From the IMG/VR virus record IMGVR_UViG_3300044726_000065, positions 1-42,969 of that record: a stretch of 42,969 bases of DNA. One strand, given 5' to 3'. Shown here in pieces: positions 1 to 8,973 of this stretch. A model generated the notes under the pieces. That model ran no database searches. It worked only from the letters and a program-made list of their open reading frames with translations, and had not been told where the DNA came from. The stretch is from a virus. The position numbers and the translations under genes were made by a program. Positions within the stretch are counted from its first letter, which is position 1; the number at the start of each line of letters is the position of its first letter.

Positions 1-127
1 TCTTTGGTGTGCCTTGTAGAACTCACTATAAGCCCAATTCTTTGTCGGGTTTGTAGTATAGAGAATCTTAGGGATTAAGTTGTATTCGGTCAGTTTGTAC
101 CTTATCCTGACCTTTAGAATATCCTTT
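1..127. repeat. Terminal direct repeat, copy 1; identical to 42843..42969 (overlap of a circularly closed contig)
   Basis: Bases 1..127 (tctttggtgtgccttgtagaactcac...tagaatatccttt) reappear exactly at 42843..42969. Collapsing them gives a 42,842-bp circle and restores one continuous terL frame. Confidence 0.95.
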
Positions 128-558
128 GCCTTACTGACCACCTGTGAACACTCATCAATGTAAGCATCTGATATTTCAAGTGAGCCTAATTCATCAAAGT
201 CCGGATCGCTCGGATAACTAAACAAATCTCTTAGGAATATCAAAGAACCGTTATAAATCTCAATGCAGTTTGGGTTCTCTTTATCTTGTGGGGTAGTCAA
301 ATCAAAATGCTTACCCCTTTTTAAATCCTGCCTTTCTGCAACTTCGAAAAACGTTTTTAATGTTGTTTCTCTTAGTGTTACCATGTGTGCCCTGCCGATA
401 AATCCCCTTGTACCCGGAAACTTCAATCTTCTCTTTAACTGCCAGTAACAACCCAAAGTTGTTTTCCCCGGCCCTGCTGCCCCACCAAAAAGAACCTCCT
501 CTGTTGTGCCATCTTCTAAAAAATCAAGAGCTTCGGTTTGTTTGAAATTAAGTTCCAC
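1..558 (-). CDS. terL: Terminase large subunit, N-terminal ATPase part (gene crosses the circular junction and continues at 42078..42969)
   Basis: The minus frame is open from GTG at 558..556 (overlaps the terS stop as TAGTG) to the window edge. Translation VELNFKQTEALDFLEDGTTEEVLFGGAAGPGKTTLGCYW has Walker A GAAGPGKT, and AYIDE is Walker B-like. The frame matches ORF 42078..42836 after removing the 127-bp duplication (about 440 aa in total). Confidence 0.85.
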   Translation of the reverse strand, partial: MELNFKQTEALDFLEDGTTEEVLFGGAAGPGKTTLGCYWQLKRRLKFPGTRGFIGRAHMVTLRETTLKTFFEVAERQDLKRGKHFDLTTPQDKENPNCIEIYNGSLIFLRDLFSYPSDPDFDELGSLEISDAYIDECSQVVSKAKDILKVRIRYKLTEYNLIPKILYTTNPTKNWAYSEFYKAHQR

Positions 559-1022
559 TATTTAGTTTCGTATTTCTTAACCTCATTCCATGCTATACCA
601 ACACTCCCAGCTAAGTTTAAATCCTGTTTATCACTTAAACCTAAATCCCTTGCTATAATATTGGCATTTAAAAAACCCGCTGCCGATCCGGTAAATTTCT
701 GATTATAAACAGTTTCCTCAATTTTATCTATGACCGTTAAAAAATCTTCATTTGCTGTCCTTTTAAACTGCCTAAAATAACCTATTGAACAATCTAAGTA
801 AGAACATAACCCGTGTAAAGTAAATGCCCTCATCTTGGGTAACTCTATTTGCTGCAATTCTTTGTCAACCGTCTTAAAATCTATTTCAATCAACGGATTA
901 TCTTCGCACCATTGAAAATATTCACAAGCTGCTTCCCACATTAACTGAGGCGTTTCAAAGAGCTTGTCCCTACCATGTTTAGACCTTAACTCCCAAAATC
1001 TATTTCCCTCTGGTGCTGCCAT
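558..1022 (-). CDS. terS: Terminase small subunit (putative)
   Basis: A 154-aa ORF lies immediately upstream of terL and is translationally coupled to it. From memory, the N-terminus GNRFWELRSKHGRDKLFETPQLMWEAACEYFQWCEDNPL resembles a motif recurrent in phage small terminase/DNA-packaging proteins. This was not searched. Confidence 0.65.
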   Translation of the reverse strand: MAAPEGNRFWELRSKHGRDKLFETPQLMWEAACEYFQWCEDNPLIEIDFKTVDKELQQIELPKMRAFTLHGLCSYLDCSIGYFRQFKRTANEDFLTVIDKIEETVYNQKFTGSAAGFLNANIIARDLGLSDKQDLNLAGSVGIAWNEVKKYETK

Positions 1023-1168
1023 GTTTCACATTAGTCCATAAATGACAATGCCCCTACAATAGTAGAGGCGTTAATATTAGCGATCGGATACCCGTTTGCT
1101 TTCAATATTTTCATTTGCCAATAAGGATTTAATCCCTATGGACAATAAAGTTAAATGTCTGAACCGGT

Positions 1169-1204
1169 ATTATGTTAAATAGTTTTCCACATTATGTTAA
1201 ATAG
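1169..1204. promoter_or_regulatory. Two 14-bp direct repeats (attatgttaaatag) spaced 22 bp, upstream of terS
   Basis: Exact copies lie at 1169..1182 and 1191..1204. A partial gttaaat lies at about 1150. The repeats sit in the 262-bp non-coding gap ahead of the packaging operon. Confidence 0.5.
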
Positions 1205-1284
1205 AAAAGCCCAACTATGAAAATAGCCGGACTTACTTTAAAACAAACCATTAACCTAATATTAAACCTTATCCTATGAATCAA

Positions 1285-1569
1285 CTAAGTTGTAGGAGCA
1301 TCTGCAACAATATCATCTACTCCTTGTACTTCTGCTTTCAAAGCATCAAAAGCCTCTTGTACTTCAGGAGTGACATCGTCTGCCGCATCAAGAGCAGCGC
1401 CGAGATCCTCAATCTTTTTAATAATTTCAGCTTTTGCTTTTGCTGTTTGGTCTTTTAATGCTGTTAATTGTTGCGCCAGTTCTGATTGTTCCATTTTAAT
1501 TTGTTTTAGAATATGAATAATTTTATGTTCGTTTTCATAGTGATTGTGTATGTGAACATGAATTTGCAT
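1285..1569 (-). CDS. Hypothetical protein, His-rich N-terminus plus coiled coil
   Basis: 94-aa ORF. HVHIHNHYENEH is followed by an Ala/Lys/Glu-rich helical region. An alternative ATG at 1494 would remove the His-rich part. Confidence 0.5.
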   Translation of the reverse strand: MQIHVHIHNHYENEHKIIHILKQIKMEQSELAQQLTALKDQTAKAKAEIIKKIEDLGAALDAADDVTPEVQEAFDALKAEVQGVDDIVADAPTT

Positions 1570-1674
1570 GACTAAAGATAATAAATTTTAAAAGTCCCAT
1601 CAATAAAAATATCTACTCTGGAAATAAATTTCCCGTCAATCCTTTCGTTATTCTGCCATGCCTTTAAGTAAAAA

Positions 1675-2334
1675 CTAATATTCATACTTGCTCTTTTGCG
1701 GGTAAAGTTCATTTAATAAATTCATCATCTGCATCCGCATCCCGTTTGGCCCGGTTGAAAAGAAAGTCCTGTCCTTTATTCTGTCCTCAATCGCCATCTT
1801 TGACATTGGATGATTTATTTTGCAGTCGGTAATTTCTTCCCCTTCTGAATCAACGAACGCTGCGCTTTTGATAATGTATTCATGGCTGCCCCATTCCAAT
1901 CGAAAAACCCTGTGTATCTGGTGGTTGGTAAATACGCATGGAAAATGCGTATCAAAATACCTAACATCTCCAAAGTGGTCGATAGTGTTTCTAATTGCTG
2001 TATAATACTTTCCCGTTGCATTGTTGAGAGCTTCTTTGAGTGTCCCGTGATACCAGTTTTTGATTTCATTTATGTGAAGTGGTTTTAAAAGGAAATGATC
2101 ATCATTGAACATTATAAACTTATCGTCTTTTACCTGGAATAGTTTTGAAATGATGTTTAACTGCTTTCTACTTGAAACATCCGAGTGATAAATGATTTTA
2201 CCTCTGTACCAATCAGGAGTTTTATCAGTAATTAAAAACACTTCCTCGTATCCTGTCAGGTATTTTTCAATAGACCTTAGGCAGAATTTTAATTCATCTC
2301 CTTGTGTGTGTTTATAGGGAATAAATATTATCAT
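1675..2334 (-). CDS. Putative GT-A-like glycosyltransferase (family not identified)
   Basis: 219 aa with N-terminal beta-strand IIFIPYK and a DxD-like FNDDHF. It is the first gene of the sugar-modification cluster. The assignment rests on weak motifs only. Confidence 0.4.
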   Translation of the reverse strand: MIIFIPYKHTQGDELKFCLRSIEKYLTGYEEVFLITDKTPDWYRGKIIYHSDVSSRKQLNIISKLFQVKDDKFIMFNDDHFLLKPLHINEIKNWYHGTLKEALNNATGKYYTAIRNTIDHFGDVRYFDTHFPCVFTNHQIHRVFRLEWGSHEYIIKSAAFVDSEGEEITDCKINHPMSKMAIEDRIKDRTFFSTGPNGMRMQMMNLLNELYPQKSKYEY

Positions 2335-2585
2335 TCGGTTGTTATTAACTGATGCCTTTTTATAACGGTTGTTTTGCCTGTTGATACTGTTTTTTCATAC
2401 TCCGTTCTGCCTTCGCAATTACTCCAATAAATAAAATCCCCTGCATCTCTAAACCGATACATTTTACATCCATCCTTTTCAAAAATTAGTTCAATTGTAA
2501 AATCTCCATCTTTGGTACTTTCCTTTGCGTCACCCTTACAGGCCGATATAAAACAAGCAACAATAAAAATGATTATATATTTCAT
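2331..2585 (-). CDS. Small lipoprotein
   Basis: 84 aa with signal peptide and lipobox MKYIIIFIVACFISAC-KGD. A 4-nt overlap with the downstream gene suggests coupling. Confidence 0.55.
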   Translation of the reverse strand: MKYIIIFIVACFISACKGDAKESTKDGDFTIELIFEKDGCKMYRFRDAGDFIYWSNCEGRTEYEKTVSTGKTTVIKRHQLITTE

Positions 2586-2588
2586 AAA

Positions 2589-3383
2589 TTATAAATTTTC
2601 ATAAATCATGTTTGCTACTGCTGAATAAGTGTAAAAGTCTTTAAAGATTTCTTTACCCAATTCTGGCATTGGGTTATAGTTTCCTATAAAATGATTTAAA
2701 TAGAAATTAATATCTGAATCCAATGCCTTAACACACCCTTCATTAAATAAAAATTCATCACTTATATAAACCGGAACCGCCCCATATTGTAAAGCCTCCT
2801 GAATCCTAAAACTTGTTTTACCGTAACCTCTTGGGCATAAGACGAATTTACTCATTGACATTATCTTGCAGTAACTCTCTAAACTCGTTCTTTCTGTGCT
2901 GATAAAATATCCGTCTTTATCTTTTAATTCCTTAACTAATCTTTCTCTTATCGGATGAGTGATTGCCCCAATGAACGAAGCAAATATTGGCCTTCCACAT
3001 TCTTTGAACTCGTACTTATGAGGCTGGCAAACTAAAGGTAGTTGAACATCTCCTTTACAACCCATGCCGAAAATCTTTACATCGGCTCCGTGCATATTGA
3101 AAAGAACTCCGTCATCGTGCTGGCAAAGAATTGCGTATTTTTTTTTCTTATCTAAGTTCTGAAAATACTCATCAACCTTTCTTCCTGTTCTTCTGTTCCT
3201 TATTAGTTTGTTTAATTCTGTCGTGAGGATAGGAAGAAATATCCGGTCTGATTTGTTTCGTGATGGATCGTAGTTATCTAAAAACCACTCTTCAAACGGA
3301 ATTTCGTTGTCAGGCGGGTAGTGTTTAGTTTCCCTCGGACGAAGGAAGTCTGTATTTTGTAATGTTATCATGCGTATTCCCAT
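2589..3383 (-). CDS. Exostosin-like (GT47 family) glycosyltransferase
   Basis: The C-terminal region [16 protein letters not shown]...[33 protein letters not shown] matches the conserved exostosin-domain pattern (C-P-R-G...S-x-R-x-x-E-A-L-x-x-G-x-x-P-V). Confidence 0.7.
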   Translation of the reverse strand: MGIRMITLQNTDFLRPRETKHYPPDNEIPFEEWFLDNYDPSRNKSDRIFLPILTTELNKLIRNRRTGRKVDEYFQNLDKKKKYAILCQHDDGVLFNMHGADVKIFGMGCKGDVQLPLVCQPHKYEFKECGRPIFASFIGAITHPIRERLVKELKDKDGYFISTERTSLESYCKIMSMSKFVLCPRGYGKTSFRIQEALQYGAVPVYISDEFLFNEGCVKALDSDINFYLNHFIGNYNPMPELGKEIFKDFYTYSAVANMIYENL

Positions 3384-3949
3384 TTAAACCCGTAAGCTGT
3401 ATTTATTTTTCCCTTCGCACACTTGCAAATATTAGGTCTATTAAAACCAAGCTCCCTTTGAACATCATTAATACAATCCCATTTTCTTATAAAGTTACCC
3501 GTTGAATCCTTTTGTATAATAGAAATTGCTGTTGGGCTTTCCTTGCCAACTTGTTTTAAATAGAAATAATCTGGAGCTTTTTTTGACCCTATTTTATAAG
3601 CGTGAAGTATGTTTTCTGATTGCGTACACCACTCTAAATTTTCAACATTATTATTTGATGGGTTGCCGTCAATGTGATTTATAAATGGTTTGCTTTCTGT
3701 GTTGTCTATAAAAGCAATAGCGACTAATCTATGAACTGGGAAGAACTTGCCAAAGCCATACTTATGCAAACACACCTTACAATACCCTGTTTTACCCGGC
3801 TTTGCAGAAATCAACTTGCCCTTTCTGTGTATGGTTATATTATTTCTGATAGGTGATTTGACTTCCCTTCTCACCGATCTAATATTACCAAAATTACTGA
3901 CCTGATAAAAGCCCTCGTAATCTTTAACGTCTTTCCATGTTTCTATCAT
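3368..3949 (-). CDS. HNH homing endonuclease (NUMOD4 + HNH_3 type)
   Basis: NUMOD4-like [24 protein letters not shown] core [29 protein letters not shown]-terminal [19 protein letters not shown] module. Free-standing between two sugar-modification genes. Confidence 0.85.
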   Translation of the reverse strand: MIETWKDVKDYEGFYQVSNFGNIRSVRREVKSPIRNNITIHRKGKLISAKPGKTGYCKVCLHKYGFGKFFPVHRLVAIAFIDNTESKPFINHIDGNPSNNNVENLEWCTQSENILHAYKIGSKKAPDYFYLKQVGKESPTAISIIQKDSTGNFIRKWDCINDVQRELGFNRPNICKCAKGKINTAYGFKWEYA

Positions 3950-4560
3950 AATAGTGTTTTTCTAATGTATAACGCATCCCCGAAACCTTTCCTTTTCCAC
4001 TTCGTTTCAACCCTTCTAAAATCTGTTAGGTAATTATCCAAGTCCTCAACCATTGCACAATTCTCGTAAAGCTCTTCCCTGTTTACTTCGGTATAGATGT
4101 AATCAATGTGCTTTAATGTTTCGGTTGCGCCTTTTAATACTTCATGCTCGTAGCCTTGCACATCAAGCATTAAAAAGTTGCAGTTAGTTAATGCGACATT
4201 GTCCAACATAATCATCAATGCCCTTTCTACATCTTTAAATTCTATATCTGGGTAGTATAATAAATGTTGCTTTGGTTTAAGTATTGAATTACTTTGCCCG
4301 TTATTTTTTGTTTCTACATTAAGATAAGCCTCAGTACAAGATGCCCCTAACGCAAAGTTGTGTGTGTATATTCTATCAAAATCCCAAGACTTACTTAATA
4401 GTTTTTCATAACTATCCTCACATGGTTCAAACAAATGCAATTCGCCATCCGTTACACTTAACAATAAATCAACCTCCTCTCCCCAATGCGCACCAGCTTG
4501 GATAACTCCAGTTATCTTCATTCCATATTTAGCAATTAACTTTTCTAACTTAAGGAGCAT
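3946..4560 (-). CDS. FkbM-family SAM-dependent methyltransferase
   Basis: 204 aa. [11 protein letters not shown] (SAM loop-like) and [17 protein letters not shown] match the Methyltransf_21/FkbM pattern. Confidence 0.7.
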   Translation of the reverse strand: MLLKLEKLIAKYGMKITGVIQAGAHWGEEVDLLLSVTDGELHLFEPCEDSYEKLLSKSWDFDRIYTHNFALGASCTEAYLNVETKNNGQSNSILKPKQHLLYYPDIEFKDVERALMIMLDNVALTNCNFLMLDVQGYEHEVLKGATETLKHIDYIYTEVNREELYENCAMVEDLDNYLTDFRRVETKWKRKGFGDALYIRKTLL

Positions 4561-4565
4561 ATATT

Positions 4566-5150
4566 TTATTTATAGTAACTGTGATCATTTAATGGCTCAT
4601 GGATGAACGCTATCTTATCCTCGTATAAATCAAAAGGGAAATTAAAATAAAGGCTTTTGTACTTGGACGTAATTGGATCGTTTGCCTTTTGTAACATTGC
4701 AAGCATTGTGCTATTATACCACATATCCTGTCTATAAAATGCCTCAGTATTACATTGTAAATCTTCCACAACATAAAGTTTTGTAGACCCCACAAGCCCG
4801 TAATAGGTCATTAACTGATGCCTTGAATTATGACTTCCGTCATCTACTATAAAGTCAAACGGCCCGAATAATCTAACATTATCAAGCACCTTACTATCGG
4901 CCTGATTTCCCCTGAAAGCAGTAAACCAATTTTCCTTTATAGGTTCATGTTCGGAAAAAAGGTCTATCCCAAAGATGTGAGCCTCTGGATAAACTTCATG
5001 CCACATCTTTATACTTTCAGAACGGTGAACACCAATTTCTAATATCTTATTTACTGATTCCGGCAAGTGTTTAGCGTAGTATTTCGCATAGCCATGATCG
5101 TTTTTATCAGTATCATATTTTGGCATTATGTCTATAATTCTTTCAACCAT
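4566..5150 (-). CDS. Class I methyltransferase-like protein (sugar O-methyltransferase/CmcI-like pattern)
   Basis: YDTDKNDHGYAKYY...ILEIGVHRSESIKMW...IFGIDL...FDFIVDDGSH...YVVEDL follows the family pattern. The glycine-rich SAM loop is degenerate (GVHRSES). Confidence 0.6.
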   Translation of the reverse strand: MVERIIDIMPKYDTDKNDHGYAKYYAKHLPESVNKILEIGVHRSESIKMWHEVYPEAHIFGIDLFSEHEPIKENWFTAFRGNQADSKVLDNVRLFGPFDFIVDDGSHNSRHQLMTYYGLVGSTKLYVVEDLQCNTEAFYRQDMWYNSTMLAMLQKANDPITSKYKSLYFNFPFDLYEDKIAFIHEPLNDHSYYK

Positions 5151-5701
5151 AAATTTAATTCTAACATTATAGGTTTACAATATTCGTCAACTGCTTTTTT
5201 TACTCCTTTGAATGTGTCGTAGTCGTGACCAAGTAAAGCCCCTCCTGGTCGGATTAATTTTGAATAGTGTTCTATTTCCCATTTAACCATGTCGTAAGTA
5301 TGTAGACCATCAAGGAAAACAAAATCAACCATTTCTTCATCCCATGTTTCTTTTCTTTCCGATAAATAATAATACCCGTCTTTACTATCTAAATATAGAT
5401 GTTCAAAAGCCCTAAACTTATATAGTCTATTGTAGGTCTGTTTTTTTAGCCTATCATAATCATCTTGGTCAAATAGCCCCGGCATATCAGGATAATACTT
5501 GTAAGGATCAACACAAATCAGTTTTTCTAAATTGCATTCAGTTAGTAAATGATTCGCACAACCACCGTAAGCAGTTCCAATCTCTATCCCGGTTTTATAC
5601 CCTTTTGAGTTTATGTAGTTTGATAGTTGCCAGTAGTAACAATGAAGTCCTACGGCAGTATCTTCGCCCATCATTCTCGTTAAGTCTTCGTCTGTTCTCA
5701 T
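5132..5701 (-). CDS. Class I SAM-dependent methyltransferase (Methyltransf_24-like)
   Basis: GIEIGTAYGGCANHLL (motif I) plus VDFVFLDGLHTYDMV and IRPGGALLGHDY. Confidence 0.7.
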   Translation of the reverse strand: MRTDEDLTRMMGEDTAVGLHCYYWQLSNYINSKGYKTGIEIGTAYGGCANHLLTECNLEKLICVDPYKYYPDMPGLFDQDDYDRLKKQTYNRLYKFRAFEHLYLDSKDGYYYLSERKETWDEEMVDFVFLDGLHTYDMVKWEIEHYSKLIRPGGALLGHDYDTFKGVKKAVDEYCKPIMLELNLWLKEL

Positions 5702-6012
5702 TTGCCGCCTTTTTTAATTGATTGAATCCATGCCTTTGTTGGGTTGTAATAAAAAACCTTTGTTGCCCAAAATACTTGCCCTCTTTTAAATTCCTTGCCC
5801 TCAAAATTAAATCCTAAACAAATGCCTATGTCTGGATTTATTATAAAACCTCTTATAATCGAATCCCTGTTTTTCATTTGTTCAATATCTGATTTCATAT
5901 CATCACTAATACTAATTAAGACAACTTCATTTGGTTGCAAATATCCGTATTCGGCAATTTCGTTATTTGTGAGTGTAACCACATCGTAATTATATTTTAC
6001 AACCTCATTCAT
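5698..6012 (-). CDS. Hypothetical protein
   Basis: 104-aa ORF tightly packed between a methyltransferase and the fucosyltransferase gene. No motif recognised. Confidence 0.5.
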   Translation of the reverse strand: MNEVVKYNYDVVTLTNNEIAEYGYLQPNEVVLISISDDMKSDIEQMKNRDSIIRGFIINPDIGICLGFNFEGKEFKRGQVFWATKVFYYNPTKAWIQSIKKGGK

Positions 6013-6013
6013 A

Positions 6014-6757
6014 TTAAAACATTATTTGTGCCCATTGTTTAGGAATTAATTCGCCTGTAAAAATGTGCTGGTTATCTTTCCCGTACCACTTTGAATGATG
6101 CGGCGCAATTACATTATCACTTCCTGAAAGATACGCCGCCGTCCATGAATAAGTGCTATTTGCTATCACATGAAATTTATAAGTTGTCATTCTCAACCAT
6201 GTTTCAAGTGGGTCACCCCCTATTATAAATTCGTCCATATTGCCAACGAAACTCTTAGAAACATCTTCATCGGAAAACACATGACAAGGTAAAGGGCATT
6301 CTTTAAAGTGCCACTTTTCATAATACTCTTTCGGAAGCATAGGCCACTTAGTCGGATACTTCGCATAGTCACCCCTTCTTACATGAACGCAAACAGCATC
6401 TATTTTTTCTTTCGGTAAATTAAATGCTTCAATCAACTCTTTTCTATACTCATCAAAGTAATTAATATTTTGATACCAACCGTGCAAACGCATATTCTTT
6501 CCGGTAAAAGGTAGTGGTTCATAAGTCCACCCGTCTTGCCTGTGTTCAACTTCAATCTTTGCTTCATCTTCAGGAGTAAGTAACGGAAAAAAATCAAAAG
6601 GGGTTTGCTTTGTGTACTTGGATCTGTTGTAAGATGGAATTTTATACTCTACTCCATTGCGCCAAGCATGGGAAATAGCCGTCATTATCTGCATACAATT
6701 ATTGCCCAGCCTTCCGCTTAACGCAACTGTTATAAATGGTTTTAAATGTGGCTCCAT
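6014..6757 (-). CDS. Alpha-1,2-fucosyltransferase (GT11 family)
   Basis: GT11 signature motifs are present: LSGRLGNNCMQ (N-terminal), VCVHVRRGDY (HxRRGDY) and HVIANSTYSWTAAYL (SNSTFSWW-like). Confidence 0.85.
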   Translation of the reverse strand: MEPHLKPFITVALSGRLGNNCMQIMTAISHAWRNGVEYKIPSYNRSKYTKQTPFDFFPLLTPEDEAKIEVEHRQDGWTYEPLPFTGKNMRLHGWYQNINYFDEYRKELIEAFNLPKEKIDAVCVHVRRGDYAKYPTKWPMLPKEYYEKWHFKECPLPCHVFSDEDVSKSFVGNMDEFIIGGDPLETWLRMTTYKFHVIANSTYSWTAAYLSGSDNVIAPHHSKWYGKDNQHIFTGELIPKQWAQIMF

Positions 6758-7272
6758 ACTCTTCTGTGTAAAATATCTTTTATGTGGGTTAGACTTAAAT
6801 TAAATTCTTTAGCAAGTTTCCAGCAGCCGTATTTACCCGGAATATATTTGCTCCTTATTTTTAATACTATTTCATTTGTAAGTTTTGCTTTGGGGTGATT
6901 TTCTCCTTTGTTGTCTTGTAGCCCTATAACAAATGAATGCTTTGAGTTTTCAGAATGCGTACACCATTCAAGATTCTCAAGCCTATTGTCAATCTTATTA
7001 CCATTTTTATGATTTATACACCTGTAGTTGTTTGGATTTGGTAGAAACGCTAAAGCAATTAGCCTATGAAGTGTTTTTGTTGTGCCGCCTATGCTTATTG
7101 AGGCATAGCCACACCCATCTGTATGACCCAGTATAAAAATTCTGTCTTTCCTTATTGCGTCTGTTCCGTATCTGGTCTTGTATTTTTTGCCAATAGATTT
7201 TATTCTCCCAAAATTGCTTACTAGATAACAAGATTCGTATCCGGGGATATTTTTCCAAATTTCTGTATTCAT
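6742..7272 (-). CDS. HNH homing endonuclease (NUMOD4 + HNH_3 type)
   Basis: WKNIPGYESCYLVSNFGRIKS and INHKNGNKIDNRLENLEWCTHSENSKH. The start is taken at ATG 7272 (MNTEIWK). The tracked 208-aa ORF carries an implausible N-terminal extension. Confidence 0.85.
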   Translation of the reverse strand: MNTEIWKNIPGYESCYLVSNFGRIKSIGKKYKTRYGTDAIRKDRIFILGHTDGCGYASISIGGTTKTLHRLIALAFLPNPNNYRCINHKNGNKIDNRLENLEWCTHSENSKHSFVIGLQDNKGENHPKAKLTNEIVLKIRSKYIPGKYGCWKLAKEFNLSLTHIKDILHRRVWSHI

Positions 7273-7401
7273 AAAAACATTACGCCCCAATGCAGAAGAC
7301 TTATCGCCGCTACCATGAGGGAGGAACGCAACTACACCGGGGCTTAAAGTTTGAAGTAATTTTAGCATGATAAGACGATAAGTAATGCTAATATAGTAAA
7401 C

Positions 7402-8133
7402 TTATTTTAATAAACGAATTTTTTCTTGCAGCTCGTTTGCTTTTTTCATGTTGTATTTATGACAGCCGTTTAGCCAACCGCTTCCAGAATGTTTACGATG
7501 ATGATAACGCATTCCAGGTACAACGTAAAAAGCATTTCCCGCTTCTAACCACAAAGTATTGAAATAAATAGTATCGCTTTCCTTAATTGATTCATCGTAC
7601 TTGTAAACCCTTAAATATTCATCACGGTTCACAACGTAATTACAATTATTCAATAAGCATCTAAACTCTGCCTTGTGCAAAAAATCCTTTGCGTTACTGC
7701 TGTCTATTATCATTCCGTTCCATCGTGAGTAATCGTGTTCCGGTTCTGCTAAAGATGGGTGAAGAATGAAATTCTTTCCAAGCTGGCTTTTACTAAAATT
7801 GAAGTTAATGGCTATCGCTTCCAAATACTCAAGGTAAAGTTCGTTGTCTGAATCAAATAAAATAACCCATTCGTTTTTAGCCTTACTTATTGCTTCACGT
7901 TTATTCCGTAACATCCCCAAATTCTCTTTGTTTTTATGTACCCTTATTTTCCATTCAATCTTACCTTGCTGAAATTTAGAAAGTATTAATAGTAGTTCGG
8001 TATATTTTTCTTCGTTACTCGCATCGTCAACAATTAAGATCTCATCAATTAAAGGATGGTCATAAACCTTTTCAAAGACTTCCAGAACCATGTCTGACCT
8101 GTTGTAAGTTGTTATCGCTAAAGTTAGTTTCAT
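7402..8133 (-). CDS. Family 2 glycosyltransferase (GT2, GT-A fold)
   Basis: LTLAITTYNRSDMV...ILIVDDASNEE...ILFDSDNE are the classic GT2 N-terminal motifs, including DxD. Confidence 0.8.
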   Translation of the reverse strand: MKLTLAITTYNRSDMVLEVFEKVYDHPLIDEILIVDDASNEEKYTELLLILSKFQQGKIEWKIRVHKNKENLGMLRNKREAISKAKNEWVILFDSDNELYLEYLEAIAINFNFSKSQLGKNFILHPSLAEPEHDYSRWNGMIIDSSNAKDFLHKAEFRCLLNNCNYVVNRDEYLRVYKYDESIKESDTIYFNTLWLEAGNAFYVVPGMRYHHRKHSGSGWLNGCHKYNMKKANELQEKIRLLK

Positions 8134-8312
8134 AATATATTTGGATTTGCAAATTCACCATGATATTTTATCGCTGCTTCATTATATGCTTTAGCTGCAT
8201 CAATTTCATCTTTATATCTACCTAAAAATATTTGTTTCCCGTTAAACCTTATACAAGCCTTAAACCTTTCTCCGCTTCTCCAAACTCCTAAATATTTTGC
8301 AACCTCTATCAT
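8130..8312 (-). CDS. Stand-alone AP2/ERF-type DNA-binding domain protein
   Basis: 60 aa. YLGVWRSGERFKACIRFNGKQIFLGRYKDEIDAAKAYNEAAIKYHGEFA matches the AP2 domain pattern that in phages is usually fused to HNH endonucleases. Confidence 0.75.
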   Translation of the reverse strand: MIEVAKYLGVWRSGERFKACIRFNGKQIFLGRYKDEIDAAKAYNEAAIKYHGEFANPNIL

Positions 8313-8340
8313 TTTCTTATTTTTAGTATGTCAGAAAAAA

Positions 8341-8973
8341 TTAAATCTGTCCGTTATATTTTGTTTTTAAATATTCAGCCATCGCATTGTGATTAAGTTC
8401 TTTTTCCCTATCCTGGTTTTCGCTCCATCTTGTAGGATCACCGCTTGCCTTGTTGTTAATGTGAATTTCTTCTTTTATTTTTATAATCTCATCACATCTT
8501 TCATCACGGTATTTATCAAACATTTCCATAACCGAAGGAATGTCTAAACGATTATAAACAACTCCCATTTTTCCAGTAGCCAACCTTTGAAGGAAAATAA
8601 AAACGTCCTGAATTGAAAGCGTATCTGTTTCTGATTCGTCAATTATTTGATCTGCTAATAAAAAAATCTGCTCAATAGTTAATGAGTTTGACAAGTTAAA
8701 AAACTTCATGGTATATTCTATCTGTGCAATAATTAAACTATGAACATAACGTTTATCTTGCTTCGCTAAAGCTGGTATTCTGTCGGATGTCGGAATCTTT
8801 GCCAGCATTAAAAAGTCAAGCCCTGCGCCTGTCTGAAACGTTTTAAGCAGGGTTTTTACCAGTTGCTGATCCCCCGCTTCCATAGCGTTCATTAAGCATC
8901 CCGTCATATTGTTGGCCTCTTTCTTTAGAGCCATAATCTTGTTGTTTTCCGTTTTTTGCAGTTGGTTTGCCAT
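8341..8973 (-). CDS. Hypothetical protein (replication-module neighbour)
   Basis: 210 aa from ATG 8973 (the tracked TTG start is at 8982). Helical-looking sequence. Overlaps the upstream DUF1376 ORF by 131 nt in another frame. Confidence 0.5.
   Translation of the reverse strand: MANQLQKTENNKIMALKKEANNMTGCLMNAMEAGDQQLVKTLLKTFQTGAGLDFLMLAKIPTSDRIPALAKQDKRYVHSLIIAQIEYTMKFFNLSNSLTIEQIFLLADQIIDESETDTLSIQDVFIFLQRLATGKMGVVYNRLDIPSVMEMFDKYRDERCDEIIKIKEEIHINNKASGDPTRWSENQDREKELNHNAMAEYLKTKYNGQI

Noticed and set aside
7273-7368. 32-aa N-terminal extension of the second HNH ORF
   Set aside because: NUMOD4-HNH proteins start right at the W-K-x-I/V motif. The extension has no coding character.
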